Below are positions 1-9,489 of a DNA stretch of 64,000 bases, piece after piece (the first letter of the stretch is position 1; each line of letters opens with the position of its first letter). Location: contig CAVRAG010000008.1 of the NCBI GenBank assembly GCA_963718895.1, positions 768,001-832,000 of the forward strand, read 5' to 3'. The DNA is from an uncultured Nitrososphaerota archaeon (lineage in GTDB: Archaea; Thermoproteota; Nitrososphaeria; Nitrososphaerales; Gagatemarchaeaceae). The translations under genes were made by a program, and so were the position numbers. The notes beneath the pieces were generated by a model. It did no database searches and was not told the DNA's origin. It was given only the letters and a program-made list of their open reading frames with translations.

Positions 1-1936
1 GCGCTGTGAAACGCGCGTCCGACCTCATGCCTTCAAACCAGTGCTCGACCTTGAGGGAGGAGAGGTATGGCGAGTGCTCCGCGTACCCCTTCTCGAGCCA
101 CTCGAGCGCCGCTTCGGTCTCACCCAGGCACGCGCACATCCCGGCTATCGCCACCGGCGAGATATGCTCGGTCTTCGCCGCTCCCTCTGTCTGCTCGAGG
201 AGACTTCTCGCCTCGCTCATTCTTCCCGCCCTGCTGTAGAGGTAACAGAGGTCCGCTCTGAACATGACGTTCCTTGGATCGGAATCCGCGGCGGTCTTGA
301 CCGTCCGAATGCCCCCTTCGAGGTCTCCCTCCTGGAACTGTGCGAGTCCGAGGTTGACGCGTGGAAGCACGGCCTGGGGGTCCATCTCGAGGGCACGATT
401 GAAGCGCTCGATGGCCTCCTGGTTGTGCCCGATGTAGTAGAGCACCGTCCCAGCGACCTGGTTGACCGCGACGGACAGCGGGTCGAGTTCCTCAGCGGAC
501 TTGAGCTCGACGATGGCCTGGTCGTTCCTTCCCATGGAGTGGAGGAGCAGCGCGTATCTGTAGTGGGCCTCCGCGCTGTTCGGGCTCAGCTCTATAGCGC
601 GTCTGAACTCGGCCTCCGCACCTGACCAGTCCCAATCCTCGTCCATGAGAAGCCTGCCCATCAGCATGTGGGCGACATCGAGGTCGGCGTCAATCTCCAG
701 GGCCCGCATGAGGGAGGGCCTCGCCCTGGCAAACGCCTCGCTCGGAGGCAGCAACCCGAAGAACCCCTGGAAGAGGTAGCACTGAGCAAGCATCGCGTGG
801 GCCGACGCGAAGGCCGGGTCCTTCTGGACCGCCTGCTCGAAGAGGGAGGCAGCTTCCACCACGTCGGTCTCGGTGTGCCTCGTAAGGTGGTACCTTCCCT
901 TCAGGTACAGGAGGAACGCCTCTGGATTCTCTGTGTTCTTCCTTGGCTTCGGCTCTTCTCCTCCCACCTGGGCCTTCAGGGCCTCCGTCACGCGCTTGGC
1001 GATGTCGTCCTGCACAGCAAGGACGTCCTCCAGGCCCCGGTCGTACTTCTCGGTCCAGAGGCACTCCTCGCTCTCCGTGTCGACGAGGTTCATGGTCACT
1101 CTGAGGCGGCTCGCGGACCTGCGAACGCTGCCTTCGAGTATCACGCCCACCCTTAGCTCCTTTCCGATCTCCGAGACGGTCTTGGTCGTCCCCTTGTACC
1201 TCATCACGGACATCCTCGCGATTACCTTCAGGTTCGGGAGGCCGGAGAGGACCGAGATCAGCTCCTCGGTGAGCCCGTCCGCAAGATACTCGTCCTCGTG
1301 CACCCCGCCGATGTTCTGGAGCGGGACCACGGCGACCCTCAGCCGGCCGGAATCCGCCTTCTCCGTCTTTACCCCGCCCCAGACAGGGTCCACCTTGTAG
1401 ACAGTGGTCGGGACCTCGACGTTCTTGAGGTGGTATTCGCCCATCTTCGCGATCGGGTAGTCGATCTTGTTCCGAACCTGCTCGTAAACCTGCGAGGAGA
1501 CCGAGATCCCCCCTGGCTCCGCCAGACCCTCTATCCTGGAGGCGATGTTGACCGTGTCCCCGTAGACGTCCCGTCCCATCTGGACGACGTCCCCGACGTG
1601 TATCCCGACCCTTATCCGGACGCGCTTCACAGGCGTGTTCTGGGCGTTCCTCCTGGTCAAGGACTGCTGCATCTCGATAGCGCAACTGACCGCGTCCAGC
1701 GCACTCTTGAACTCGACCAAGAACGCGTCGCCGATGGTTTTCACCTCCTGACCGCCCTTGGAGGCGAATATCGGGCGGAGCAGCGCCCTGTGCTCAGCCA
1801 AGACCTCGAGTGCGAGGTTCTCGTTGCTCTGAGTCATTGCGGTGTATCCTACGATGTCGGTGAACATGATCGCTGCGAGCCTTCTCTCCGAGCCCGGCTC
1901 GTGTAAGGGGGCGTCGGCGCCGTCATCGGTCTGCAT
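1..1936 (-). CDS. Class III adenylate/guanylate cyclase + TolB-like domain + TPR repeats (3' end runs off the window)
   Basis: Not in the ORF track; translated manually from ATG 1936: RRLAAIMFTDIVGYT, VKTIGDAFLVEF, RVGIHVGDV, YGDTVNIASR, then EYLADGLTEELI...ARMSVMRYK and TPR-like helices. Paralogue of 16660-18582. Confidence 0.92.
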   Translation of the reverse strand, partial: MQTDDGADAPLHEPGSERRLAAIMFTDIVGYTAMTQSNENLALEVLAEHRALLRPIFASKGGQEVKTIGDAFLVEFKSALDAVSCAIEMQQSLTRRNAQNTPVKRVRIRVGIHVGDVVQMGRDVYGDTVNIASRIEGLAEPGGISVSSQVYEQVRNKIDYPIAKMGEYHLKNVEVPTTVYKVDPVWGGVKTEKADSGRLRVAVVPLQNIGGVHEDEYLADGLTEELISVLSGLPNLKVIARMSVMRYKGTTKTVSEIGKELRVGVILEGSVRRSASRLRVTMNLVDTESEECLWTEKYDRGLEDVLAVQDDIAKRVTEALKAQVGGEEPKPRKNTENPEAFLLYLKGRYHLTRHTETDVVEAASLFEQAVQKDPAFASAHAMLAQCYLFQGFFGLLPPSEAFARARPSLMRALEIDADLDVAHMLMGRLLMDEDWDWSGAEAEFRRAIELSPNSAEAHYRYALLLHSMGRNDQAIVELKSAEELDPLSVAVNQVAGTVLYYIGHNQEAIERFNRALEMDPQAVLPRVNLGLAQFQEGDLEGGIRTVKTAADSDPRNVMFRADLCYLYSRAGRMSEARSLLEQTEGAAKTEHISPVAIAGMCACLGETEAALEWLEKGYAEHSPYLSSLKVEHWFEGMRSDARFTA

Positions 1937-2134
1937 GAAACGGATGGATTGGCGAGGTCGGCGATTTAAGCCTGATGAGCCGTCGCCGGGTCCTCCGGAA
2001 GGGAGCGCCGATTCACAATAGTACTCGGTGTTCAAATCTGTGATAATCGGGAGGAAACCAGGAGGAATAGACGGCATCGGCGTTCTACTGCGTAGGACTA
2101 AGTACCCTGAAGCCAATAGAACCGCCGTACCGAC

Positions 2135-2842
2135 ATGAAGTCGACCATGACAGTCCTCGCCTTCGCCGCGACGGTGGCACTCCTAGCGGCGGGCACGGTG
2201 TTAGTGGTTGGGATGCCCGGATCGCAATCGGGTTCTTCCACGCAGTCCACCGGCACAGCCTCCTCCTTGAGCAGCGCATCTACGACTAGCACAACGAGTC
2301 ATTTGTCGAACGCCACAGCTTCAGAGAACATGAATGACAGCCTTCAACTCAGGCTCTCTCTGAACGCCACGACGATTAATCCGGGCCAGACCTTGATGAT
2401 AACGATAAGCGAGTTCAACACTCTTTCGACGGCCAACAACGTGACTGCATCAGACTCGTGGGCTTTGGACGGCCTGGAACTTGGACCGTGCGGGCACAGT
2501 TATGGGCCGAATCAGGGTCCTCTCGGGGTAGAGGTCTTCTCCGGTCACTACACTGCGGCAAACATCTCCCAGGCCCAGCCGCTCGGTGTCTATCCATCTC
2601 CAATCGCCTGTCCGCAGTTCATCAGGCTGATGACAGGGTTCCTCTTCCAGCCGCTGAGCGACCGGGCGTACGTTCTCCCGGACTACGGCGGAAATGCGAC
2701 GGGGGTGTCTGGAGGCGTTGCCGTGGGTCGTGAATATACTGATCTATCATCGGTTGGACAGCCCCTCAACCCCGGATTGTACACGATCGCTGGTGGAGAC
2801 GAGTGGGGCAGCCTGCTGCTCCTCTATGTCGATGTCCGTTGA
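2135..2842 (+). CDS. Secreted/membrane-anchored hypothetical protein with Ser/Thr-rich linker
   Basis: N-terminal hydrophobic segment, S/T stalk, beta-rich domain ending YTIAGGDEWG. Confidence 0.75.
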   Translation: MKSTMTVLAFAATVALLAAGTVLVVGMPGSQSGSSTQSTGTASSLSSASTTSTTSHLSNATASENMNDSLQLRLSLNATTINPGQTLMITISEFNTLSTANNVTASDSWALDGLELGPCGHSYGPNQGPLGVEVFSGHYTAANISQAQPLGVYPSPIACPQFIRLMTGFLFQPLSDRAYVLPDYGGNATGVSGGVAVGREYTDLSSVGQPLNPGLYTIAGGDEWGSLLLLYVDVR

Positions 2843-2856
2843 GGACGAGGCCGGTC

Positions 2857-3387
2857 CTAGGTCGCCATGGGCGAAGGGTTCTCCAGACGGACCGTCGGGT
2901 GAGCAAGGTTTCTCCTGATGAGTGATTGAACCTCAAGGCCGTTCTTGATCATCCTCAGCTGGAATCTTCTCCCATCGTTCGCCTCGACGACAATCAGGCT
3001 CCTCCCGACAATCCTCATGCCGAGCGACCTGATCAGTCTCGCGTCCGAGAAGGCCATCGCCGAGAGGAAGGTGTCTTGCAGGTTCGCTATCCCCCTGCTC
3101 ACGTAGAGGCCATCTGTCCTCAGCTCGTAGCTGTTCTCGAACCTCACAATGAGCAACCCGACAAGCTTCGCAAGGAATCCGATGAACACGACCGCGGCCG
3201 TCACCACCTCCGCCCCGTAGGGGAGCGAGAAGGAGCCGAGGACGAGGGAAGCCCTGAGTAGGTTGACCGACGAGTGACCGAAGGCGAGCCACAATTCCGC
3301 ACCGACGAAGGCCGCCGCCGTGACAAGCGCCGCGAGCCCATAGAGCGCCACGTAGGGGCCTATGCTCGGCCGGCCCTTCCAGACCAC
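2857..3387 (-). CDS. Membrane protein with bacterial PH (bPH_2)-like domain
   Basis: VWKGRPS start, two TM helices, then YELRTDGLYVSRG pattern; start uncertain. Confidence 0.7.
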   Translation of the reverse strand: MVWKGRPSIGPYVALYGLAALVTAAAFVGAELWLAFGHSSVNLLRASLVLGSFSLPYGAEVVTAAVVFIGFLAKLVGLLIVRFENSYELRTDGLYVSRGIANLQDTFLSAMAFSDARLIRSLGMRIVGRSLIVVEANDGRRFQLRMIKNGLEVQSLIRRNLAHPTVRLENPSPMAT

Positions 3388-3510
3388 GTCTGTGCCATAG
3401 CTGGGTTTCTGCGACCTAGTAGCCGTGGCAGCATAGCGTGACCGCAGCTGTTAACGGTACAGAAAGAATGTTCGGTTGGAGTCCTCACCCTGACGGAAGG
3501 TCCAGTGCGG

Positions 3511-3556
3511 CCCTAGGCAGCTCTCCGATGGCGGCCTAGGGGCGAGGATTTAAGAC
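3511..3556 (+). promoter_or_regulatory. Inverted repeat CCCTAGGC..GCCTAGGG directly upstream of a TATA-like TTTAAGA before the tail-tube gene
   Basis: 8-bp perfect arms at 3511-3518 and 3534-3541; TTTAAG at about 3549; ATG at 3593. Confidence 0.4.
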
Positions 3557-3592
3557 ATAAGGGAGCTAGCGTGAACCCGTGCATATCCCCTA

Positions 3593-4045
3593 ATGTCAAG
3601 TAGCAGATCCGACCCCTATGATGCCTTCAACTTCCTGGTCGTGATAGACGGCGTGCCTGCGGCGGCCTTCTCGGAGTGTATTCTCCCGGCCATCTCGATC
3701 GAGGCGATTGAGTACAGAGAGGGCAACGATCTCCAGAGCAACGTCCATAAGCTTCCCGGCCTTGTGAGGTACGAAAATCTCGTCCTCTCGCGCGGTCTCA
3801 CTCTCTCGACCGCGCTGTGGGACTGGTTCAACAGCTTCGTCCAGGGAACAGGGACCCCGAAGACTCTGGCGGTGACCCTCCTGGACAGCAGGAAGGTCCC
3901 AGTCTTCAAGTGGAGCTTCAGCAACGCCTGGCCCACGAAATACACGTCCCCTGTCCTAAGCGGCAAGGAGAGCGCAATTGCAATAGAGACCTTGGAGGTT
4001 TCCGTGGAAGGCATGGCGGTCTCCAACCTCGCACAGAGCGCATAA
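3593..4045 (+). CDS. Phage T4 gp19-like / contractile injection system tail tube protein
   Basis: DPYxAFNFLVxIDG, FSEC, IEYREGND, KLPG..YENLVLSRG, LWDW, WxFxNAWPxKY, AIETLE: the typical pattern of eCIS (Afp1/5-type) tube proteins. Confidence 0.92.
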   Translation: MSSSRSDPYDAFNFLVVIDGVPAAAFSECILPAISIEAIEYREGNDLQSNVHKLPGLVRYENLVLSRGLTLSTALWDWFNSFVQGTGTPKTLAVTLLDSRKVPVFKWSFSNAWPTKYTSPVLSGKESAIAIETLEVSVEGMAVSNLAQSA

Positions 4046-4455
4046 GACCGAAGGGAAGGACCACGGACCGATCATCCGTCGCCGAGGGAACCCCGACCCA
4101 GGGGAGACCGAGGGTCATCCTTGATACGGAACTCGAGCGGGGCTTCCTCTTCTTCCTTCTGAAGAACATCGGAGACGCGCCCGCGATAAAGGTCGTGACC
4201 AAGATCGGCGGAAAGATAATCGGGCCCGACGGAAAGACCGAACTCAACGGTCTGAACATCTTCAGGGGGGTCGAGTTCTTTGCTCCCGGGAAGGAATTCC
4301 GCATCCTCGTCGGCGGAGCTGCGGCATACTTCTCTAGCCAGCAGCCTGCCAAGTTCACCGCAGTGATCACCTATTCAGACGAGGCCAAGAACAGCTACGG
4401 AGAGACTATCACGCACGATCTCGCCATCTATAGGGACCTACCTCACGAGGTCTAG
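4042..4455 (+). CDS. Hypothetical protein coupled to the tail-tube gene (beta-sandwich-like)
   Basis: RPRVILD...LKNIGDAPA...FFAPGKEF...ITYSD...HDLAIY. No canonical start between the tube stop and the conserved part; an in-frame ATA overlaps the tube TAA. Confidence 0.7.
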   Translation: MRPKGRTTDRSSVAEGTPTQGRPRVILDTELERGFLFFLLKNIGDAPAIKVVTKIGGKIIGPDGKTELNGLNIFRGVEFFAPGKEFRILVGGAAAYFSSQQPAKFTAVITYSDEAKNSYGETITHDLAIYRDLPHEV

Positions 4456-4517
4456 CCGACGCAAGGGGGCTCACTACAGCGCTTGTCAGAGCGGCATTCT
4501 CTCTCTGGTTCGGCGTC

Positions 4518-5081
4518 CTAGGACTTGGGCCGACGCGCTGACTCTCGTCCCCGTTTCTCGCGGAGGTACGAAAGAAACGCCGCATGGTCCTTCGCCTTGA
4601 TCTTCGTCGAGACGATTGCCGTCGAGAGGTCGGCCGTCAGCGGTTCAAGTCTTCTCAGGACCTCCTCCCTAAGCGTCCGGAGGTCCCTGTCGAGTACGAC
4701 GAGGAAGTACTCATCCGAGCCGAGGGTCGAGTAAGCCTCGATGACCCGCGGCTCGTTCTTTATGAACTCGTACAGCTTCGCGACGTCTTCGTCTCCGAGT
4801 CCCGTCATGGTCCCGACGAAGGCGAAGGCGTTGACCCCGATGAGCGACCAGTCTATCTCGGCCGTGATCTTCAGCGCGCCGTTCCTCTTCAGCACCTCCA
4901 TGTGTTTTGAGACAGTCCTCTTGTCGACGCCGAGCCTGTCGGCAAGCTGCCTGTAGGTGAGGCTGCCATCCCCAGCCAAGAGCTCCATCATCCTCAGGTC
5001 CAGCGCGTCTGCGGTGAAGGAAGCCTCGCCATGGTGCGCGCCTCTGTCACTTGATATCATAACCATCGACAATCGATGCAT
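4518..5081 (-). CDS. Lrp/AsnC family transcriptional regulator
   Basis: DALDLRMMELLAGDGSLTYRQLADRLGV HTH plus C-terminal RAM domain; start uncertain. Confidence 0.85.
   Translation of the reverse strand: MHRLSMVMISSDRGAHHGEASFTADALDLRMMELLAGDGSLTYRQLADRLGVDKRTVSKHMEVLKRNGALKITAEIDWSLIGVNAFAFVGTMTGLGDEDVAKLYEFIKNEPRVIEAYSTLGSDEYFLVVLDRDLRTLREEVLRRLEPLTADLSTAIVSTKIKAKDHAAFLSYLREKRGRESARRPKS
5064..5078. promoter_or_regulatory. Palindrome CATCGA-caa-TCGATG, candidate Lrp-type operator
   Basis: Perfect 6-3-6 palindrome between the divergent Lrp and GDT1 genes. Confidence 0.45.
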
Positions 5082-5141
5082 GAATCGAGCAAGAACAATT
5101 AAGTCTTTGTCATGGCTGGGCAGCTCGACCGGTGGCAGCGC

Positions 5142-5762
5142 TTGGACATCTCGAGCCTCGCAGGGGGCTTCTTCACCATCGTCGCGACCATATTCATCGC
5201 GGAGCTCACCGACAAGGACGCGCTTCTGCTCCTGTCTCTCGCGACCAGGATGAGGCCTCTGTTCGCGTTCGCAGCCGGCGCGGTCGCGTTCACAGCGACC
5301 TCAGCCATCATAGTCCTGTTCGGTTCGGCGCTGGTCAGTTACGTCCCGATCTTCTGGGTAAAGATAGCGGGTGGCGTGATAATGATCGGCTACGCCCTGC
5401 TTGAGTACCTTCGCGGGCTCCGGATGGAGAGCAGCCTTGAGGAGAGAGAGGAGAGGCTCTTCAAACATTTTGGGAGGAAGGAGGTCTACACCTTCCTGGG
5501 AATCGTCGCGACCCTGATGCTGCTCGACCTCGCCGGCGATGCCACCGAGCTTATCACAGTGGTCTTCCTGGCCCAGTTCAGGGACGCTCTGCTGGTCTTC
5601 GCAGGCGTGGTGACCGCGCTGGTGGGAGCCAGCGCCGTGGAGACAGCACTTGGGAGCCAGATCGGTCGGGTCCTGACCGCGAAGAGACTCAGGAACCTCT
5701 CTGTGGTCGTGTTCCTGATCATCGGATCCATAATTATACTCACGAGTGGAATCCTGCCCTAG
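5142..5762 (+). CDS. TMEM165/GDT1 (UPF0016) family Mn2+/Ca2+ transporter
   Basis: IFIAELTDKD and LLDLAGDATE, variants of the E-x-G-D-K/R motif in two inverted halves; 6 TM. Confidence 0.8.
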   Translation: MDISSLAGGFFTIVATIFIAELTDKDALLLLSLATRMRPLFAFAAGAVAFTATSAIIVLFGSALVSYVPIFWVKIAGGVIMIGYALLEYLRGLRMESSLEEREERLFKHFGRKEVYTFLGIVATLMLLDLAGDATELITVVFLAQFRDALLVFAGVVTALVGASAVETALGSQIGRVLTAKRLRNLSVVVFLIIGSIIILTSGILP

Positions 5763-5822
5763 TTCGCGCGTCGAGAGAGCGCGGCTGCAGACGGGAGACC
5801 CGGACTTGCTGGCGCGGTCCCA

Positions 5823-6500
5823 CTAGAACCCGATCGACTCGCGAATCAGGACCACGGTTGATCGGGTCGCCGGCCAATCGCCGTTGATTATCAGGATCTT
5901 CAGGAGAGCACTCGGCATCCCGTATCTCTCCCTCATCCGGGCGTCCTCCTTAGGGTAGCTGTAAGCTTCTACTCGCCTCAGTCCCGTCTCGAGGTCAGGG
6001 ACTACCTTCTGGGCTCCAACGACGAATATCGCCCTCGAGGCGCCAGAAGAGTACAGTGCAAGCTGGCTCCCGCTCGCCGAGGCCGCCACGAGCTTCCCAT
6101 CCTCGGTGACCGCGTGGACGCTCCCGACGACGACGTCTGCCGTGGCGCTCAGATGCCTCATCTCGGGCATCTGGGTGGCGCGGTCCATCTTTGCGAGCTG
6201 CTGGCGGATCGAGAGGTAACCACCGGACTGGTTTATGTCCTCGTCCAGACCGGAGAGCCGCAGCGTCTCGCTGGCGGAGGTGAAGATGCTCTTGTCCTTC
6301 GGAAGAATGGACTTCACATAGGAACGGGCATCTGCGGCCGTGTCGACGACCTCAACAGCGATGTTGTGTTTCCGGAGGGCCTCGGCAGCTCTCTGAATCA
6401 TCTCCTCCGAGGCCGGCTTGGAGAACCTGTGATCAATCGGTATTCCATACTGCGTCTTGCTTTCGCCGTTCGCGCCTACGCTTTCGTTCATGGCTGTCAT
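5823..6500 (-). CDS. LUD (lactate utilisation) domain protein
   Basis: SETL...VGSVHAVTEDG...SASGSQ...FVVGAQKVVPDL, C-terminal E.IGF. Confidence 0.8.
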   Translation of the reverse strand: MTAMNESVGANGESKTQYGIPIDHRFSKPASEEMIQRAAEALRKHNIAVEVVDTAADARSYVKSILPKDKSIFTSASETLRLSGLDEDINQSGGYLSIRQQLAKMDRATQMPEMRHLSATADVVVGSVHAVTEDGKLVAASASGSQLALYSSGASRAIFVVGAQKVVPDLETGLRRVEAYSYPKEDARMRERYGMPSALLKILIINGDWPATRSTVVLIRESIGF

Positions 6501-6572
6501 TTGTATCGCTCGTCCAATATTGGAGACCCAATATAAGTGTATCGGGCGTCCAACTTCAGAGGGATTCTCCAG

Positions 6573-7046
6573 TCAGGCCTGCGGGGCGGCACGCCACGCC
6601 CTGAGAGTCTCGTACCAAAAGATCCCGCACGCGAGCGCAAGGAGGGCGGTGAACCACGCGGCGATTGGAAGTGTGGAGTACTCCGTGAAGGCGATCCCGC
6701 CCATGTACCCGGCGAGTATAGTGAAGAACACAGCGTAGAAGACGAACCTCGGGATGAGCGAGGTGCCAATCCTGAGGAAGTCCCGCATCACGTCGACCTT
6801 CACCTCGCTCGCCACCTCGTACTCGCCGTTCTCCTCGCGCACTAGGCCGAGGTCCTTCAGCTTGCTGAGGTGATACTGGGCAAGCGATGCGTTTGAGAGG
6901 CCGAGGGCCCTCTGGACCTCTCTCACGCCGACCTGATTCTTCTTGAGCGCATAGACATAGACCCTGAGGGTGTTTCCTTTCAGCTCTGCGTCGACCTTTC
7001 CCTTCTCCGTCAATACTCGGGCCAAGCTACCAGCAACCCCGGGCAC
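6573..7046 (-). CDS. Membrane-tethered winged-helix (ArsR-like) regulator
   Basis: LKGNTLRVY...GVREVQRALGLSNASLAQYHLSKL HTH followed by two TM helices. Confidence 0.8.
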   Translation of the reverse strand: MPGVAGSLARVLTEKGKVDAELKGNTLRVYVYALKKNQVGVREVQRALGLSNASLAQYHLSKLKDLGLVREENGEYEVASEVKVDVMRDFLRIGTSLIPRFVFYAVFFTILAGYMGGIAFTEYSTLPIAAWFTALLALACGIFWYETLRAWRAAPQA

Positions 7047-7092
7047 TATTAAGCCAAGTGAGCATGAAAAGCCAAGGGCGGGGTAGGAGCGG

Positions 7093-8433
7093 CTAGGAGG
7101 CCGTCACTACCACACTGGCGGATGTCTGCTCGCCGATCACGGTGACCAGGTACTGGTGGCCCTTGATTACCAGGCCGACAGGTGTCTCGATGGCCATGCC
7201 CATGAACCCGAGCAGGATGGTACCGCGAGGGTGCGTCAGGGTCGCAGTCGCGCCCGGAGGAAGGACCACTCCTCTCTGGGAGAAGAGAGACACCGAGATT
7301 GCACTGGCGCTCGTCGCACCCATCATCGAGTGCATGAAGAGCTGGAGCTGGACGAGCGTCCCGTTCTTGAGGACGATGAAGATGGCCGATTGGCCCAGGG
7401 CTGTTGGGAGCACTCCTTGGTGGCCGGCCGCCGTGGCATTGACGACCGGAGTTACCGTGACGAGGTTGAGCACGGTCGAGTTGCCTCCGGTGTTGAGGAC
7501 CTTGAGGTTGAGGTACGTCTCATTCATCGAGGCAGCTCCGATTGAGAGGTCGGCGGTGTACTTCTGTTGGATCGTGCTCCACCAGGTGAGACCCATGAGG
7601 CCCATCTTCGACCCCACAGTCGTCAGCACGGTCTCAGGGAGCGTCGCCGTGCTTGATGTGACAGGATAGGCGAAGGCCACGGACTGGATGATGAACTCCG
7701 GACTCGACTGGCTTCCTACGTTGATCACGGTGGGCGAGATGTCGATTATCGTCGCCGCCGGTGCGGAGGAACTGACCATGACCCCGTTCACAATCGGCAC
7801 GGTCAGCACGCTCGTCGGCACGAAGGCCGTGTAGTTCAGTCCTCCGTAGGTCACCACCGCGTTGGTGATGTCGAAGCGGACCAGGTTGTAGCTCCCAGAG
7901 CTTATCCTCGCCGAGGAGATGGTCTGGCTGATGTTTACCGTGCCCATCAGTTCGATCGACCCTGAGGTCTTCAGGATTGTCCATCCGCTATTGTTGTCCA
8001 TCCCTGAGACGTGGACCGCCAGGTCAACATAGGTCACGTAGACCTTTGTCACGCCGACCGGGGCGTTGGGCGGGTCGGTCAGGAGGACCGCGAGGGTCCC
8101 CTGCGCCTGCTGGTTTGATGTCTGGCTAGTCGTCTGCTTGCTAGTCGTCTGCTGGCTAGTCGTCTGCTGGCTAGTCGTCTGCTGGCTAGTCGTCTGCTGG
8201 GAGGACTGCTGCGTCGAGGACTGGGCAGTTGAAGATTGACCTGTTGAAGACAGCTGAGAAGAAACCTGCGACGACTGAGTCAAGCCGGATTCAGTCGAGG
8301 TCTGCCGCTGACCGACGGACGAACCGAGGGTGGTAGTAATCGGAAATCCGGAATATGTCGAGGCGACGATAAGGGCGAATGCTGCCGCCACTGCTATCGA
8401 AGCCGCGAACGCCGTAGACTTTTTCATGTTCAT
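7093..8433 (-). CDS. DUF4382-domain surface protein with Q/T/S-rich stalk
   Basis: Signal anchor MNMKKSTAFAAS..., GTLAVLLTDPP motif, GSYNLVRF. Confidence 0.75.
   Translation of the reverse strand: MNMKKSTAFAASIAVAAAFALIVASTYSGFPITTTLGSSVGQRQTSTESGLTQSSQVSSQLSSTGQSSTAQSSTQQSSQQTTSQQTTSQQTTSQQTTSKQTTSQTSNQQAQGTLAVLLTDPPNAPVGVTKVYVTYVDLAVHVSGMDNNSGWTILKTSGSIELMGTVNISQTISSARISSGSYNLVRFDITNAVVTYGGLNYTAFVPTSVLTVPIVNGVMVSSSAPAATIIDISPTVINVGSQSSPEFIIQSVAFAYPVTSSTATLPETVLTTVGSKMGLMGLTWWSTIQQKYTADLSIGAASMNETYLNLKVLNTGGNSTVLNLVTVTPVVNATAAGHQGVLPTALGQSAIFIVLKNGTLVQLQLFMHSMMGATSASAISVSLFSQRGVVLPPGATATLTHPRGTILLGFMGMAIETPVGLVIKGHQYLVTVIGEQTSASVVVTAS
8125..8199. repeat. 15-bp tandem repeat x5 (GCTAGTCGTCTGCTG) encoding QQTTS
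   Basis: Five consecutive units, one with a single substitution (KQTTS). Confidence 0.95.
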
Positions 8434-8651
8434 GGCGTTACTTTGGTAGGGCGGAGCACTTGAACCAGCACCTTTGAACAGGCTCCGTTCAAGGATCGAG
8501 TGCAAGGACGTCGTGTTCAGCTGTGTTGTACAGGGCTGGAGCAGCAAGATATGTCCGGCCTCGCGATACCAGGCAGAGACCTGGGGAGTCCCGCACTGTT
8601 GGTAACCTAACGCTTAGAACAGCCGCCCTCAGGGCGAGCAGACAGGAAAAA

Positions 8652-9458
8652 TTGGACCTGCTCCTGCTTCGGCTCTTCCTTTCATTTGTCATAGGGGGAA
8701 GTTGGGTCACCATCATCACCGAGGCGACGGTGAAGTACGGCCCGAGGGCGGGCGGTCTCTTGGCCGGCTTCCCCTCCACGGTCGCGTTTTCCCTCGCTTT
8801 CATCGGCTGGACCCAGAGCACAAGCGCAGCTGTGGAGGCGACCACCGCGCTCCCGCTGGCGCTGGGCTTCACCGCCGCGTTCCCTTTGGTTTACGCGGTC
8901 TTTGCGAAAGGAGGCAGGTTCCGATTCGCTCTCAGCGCTTCTCTCGCGTTTTGGGGGGGTTCCTCGTTCGTGCTCTCCTTGGTGGCGCTTACCATCGGGG
9001 CGGACTTCGAAGTCTCGCTCGTAGGATTCTTTGTCATCTCAGCTCTTGCGTACTATTTCCTGGCACGAGGCAGGAGACCGAGAATCCCAGGGCGCGTCGT
9101 CAGGCTCGCACCGTTCGATTGGGTCTGGCGTTTCGTCCTGGCAGGAGGGATCGTTGCCACCGCCGTCTTACTCAGCGGGACCCTCGGGCCGCTCGTGGGG
9201 GGCGTATTCTCATCCTTCCCCGCGATCATAACATCCACCATCTTCATCGTCAGGCGCGTCGAAGGGGTGGAGGCGTCCCTCGGGATAGCGACGCCGGTGA
9301 TGGTCTCCACGGTCTTCACCATCGTCCCCTATACAGCCGTCGTGAGATACACCTTCCCGATTCTGGGGATACTACCCGGAACTCTTACGGGATATGCGGT
9401 TGCCATTCCACTCTCCTTCGTCGCGTACTATCTGACAGGTCGCATTGGCTCGAGATGA
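8652..9458 (+). CDS. DUF3147-like integral membrane protein
   Basis: Internally duplicated GPxxGGxxxxFP motif; about 8 TM; TTG start. Confidence 0.65.
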   Translation: MDLLLLRLFLSFVIGGSWVTIITEATVKYGPRAGGLLAGFPSTVAFSLAFIGWTQSTSAAVEATTALPLALGFTAAFPLVYAVFAKGGRFRFALSASLAFWGGSSFVLSLVALTIGADFEVSLVGFFVISALAYYFLARGRRPRIPGRVVRLAPFDWVWRFVLAGGIVATAVLLSGTLGPLVGGVFSSFPAIITSTIFIVRRVEGVEASLGIATPVMVSTVFTIVPYTAVVRYTFPILGILPGTLTGYAVAIPLSFVAYYLTGRIGSR

Positions 9459-9489
9459 GGGTCGGCCTCGGCACTGAGAAGAGCCGCGG

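Noticed and set aside
6-1906. Several long ORFs in the track (41-625, 668-1156, 690-1685, 1298-1906)
   Set aside because: Shadow frames of the minus-strand cyclase-TPR gene; typical of high-GC DNA.
2025-2045. GTTCAAATC resembling a tRNA T-loop
   Set aside because: No flanking stems or cloverleaf could be built; no tRNA or rRNA was recognised anywhere in the window.
8125-8199. Short direct repeats as a possible CRISPR array
   Set aside because: 15-bp units with no spacers, in frame within a coding stalk; no cas genes.
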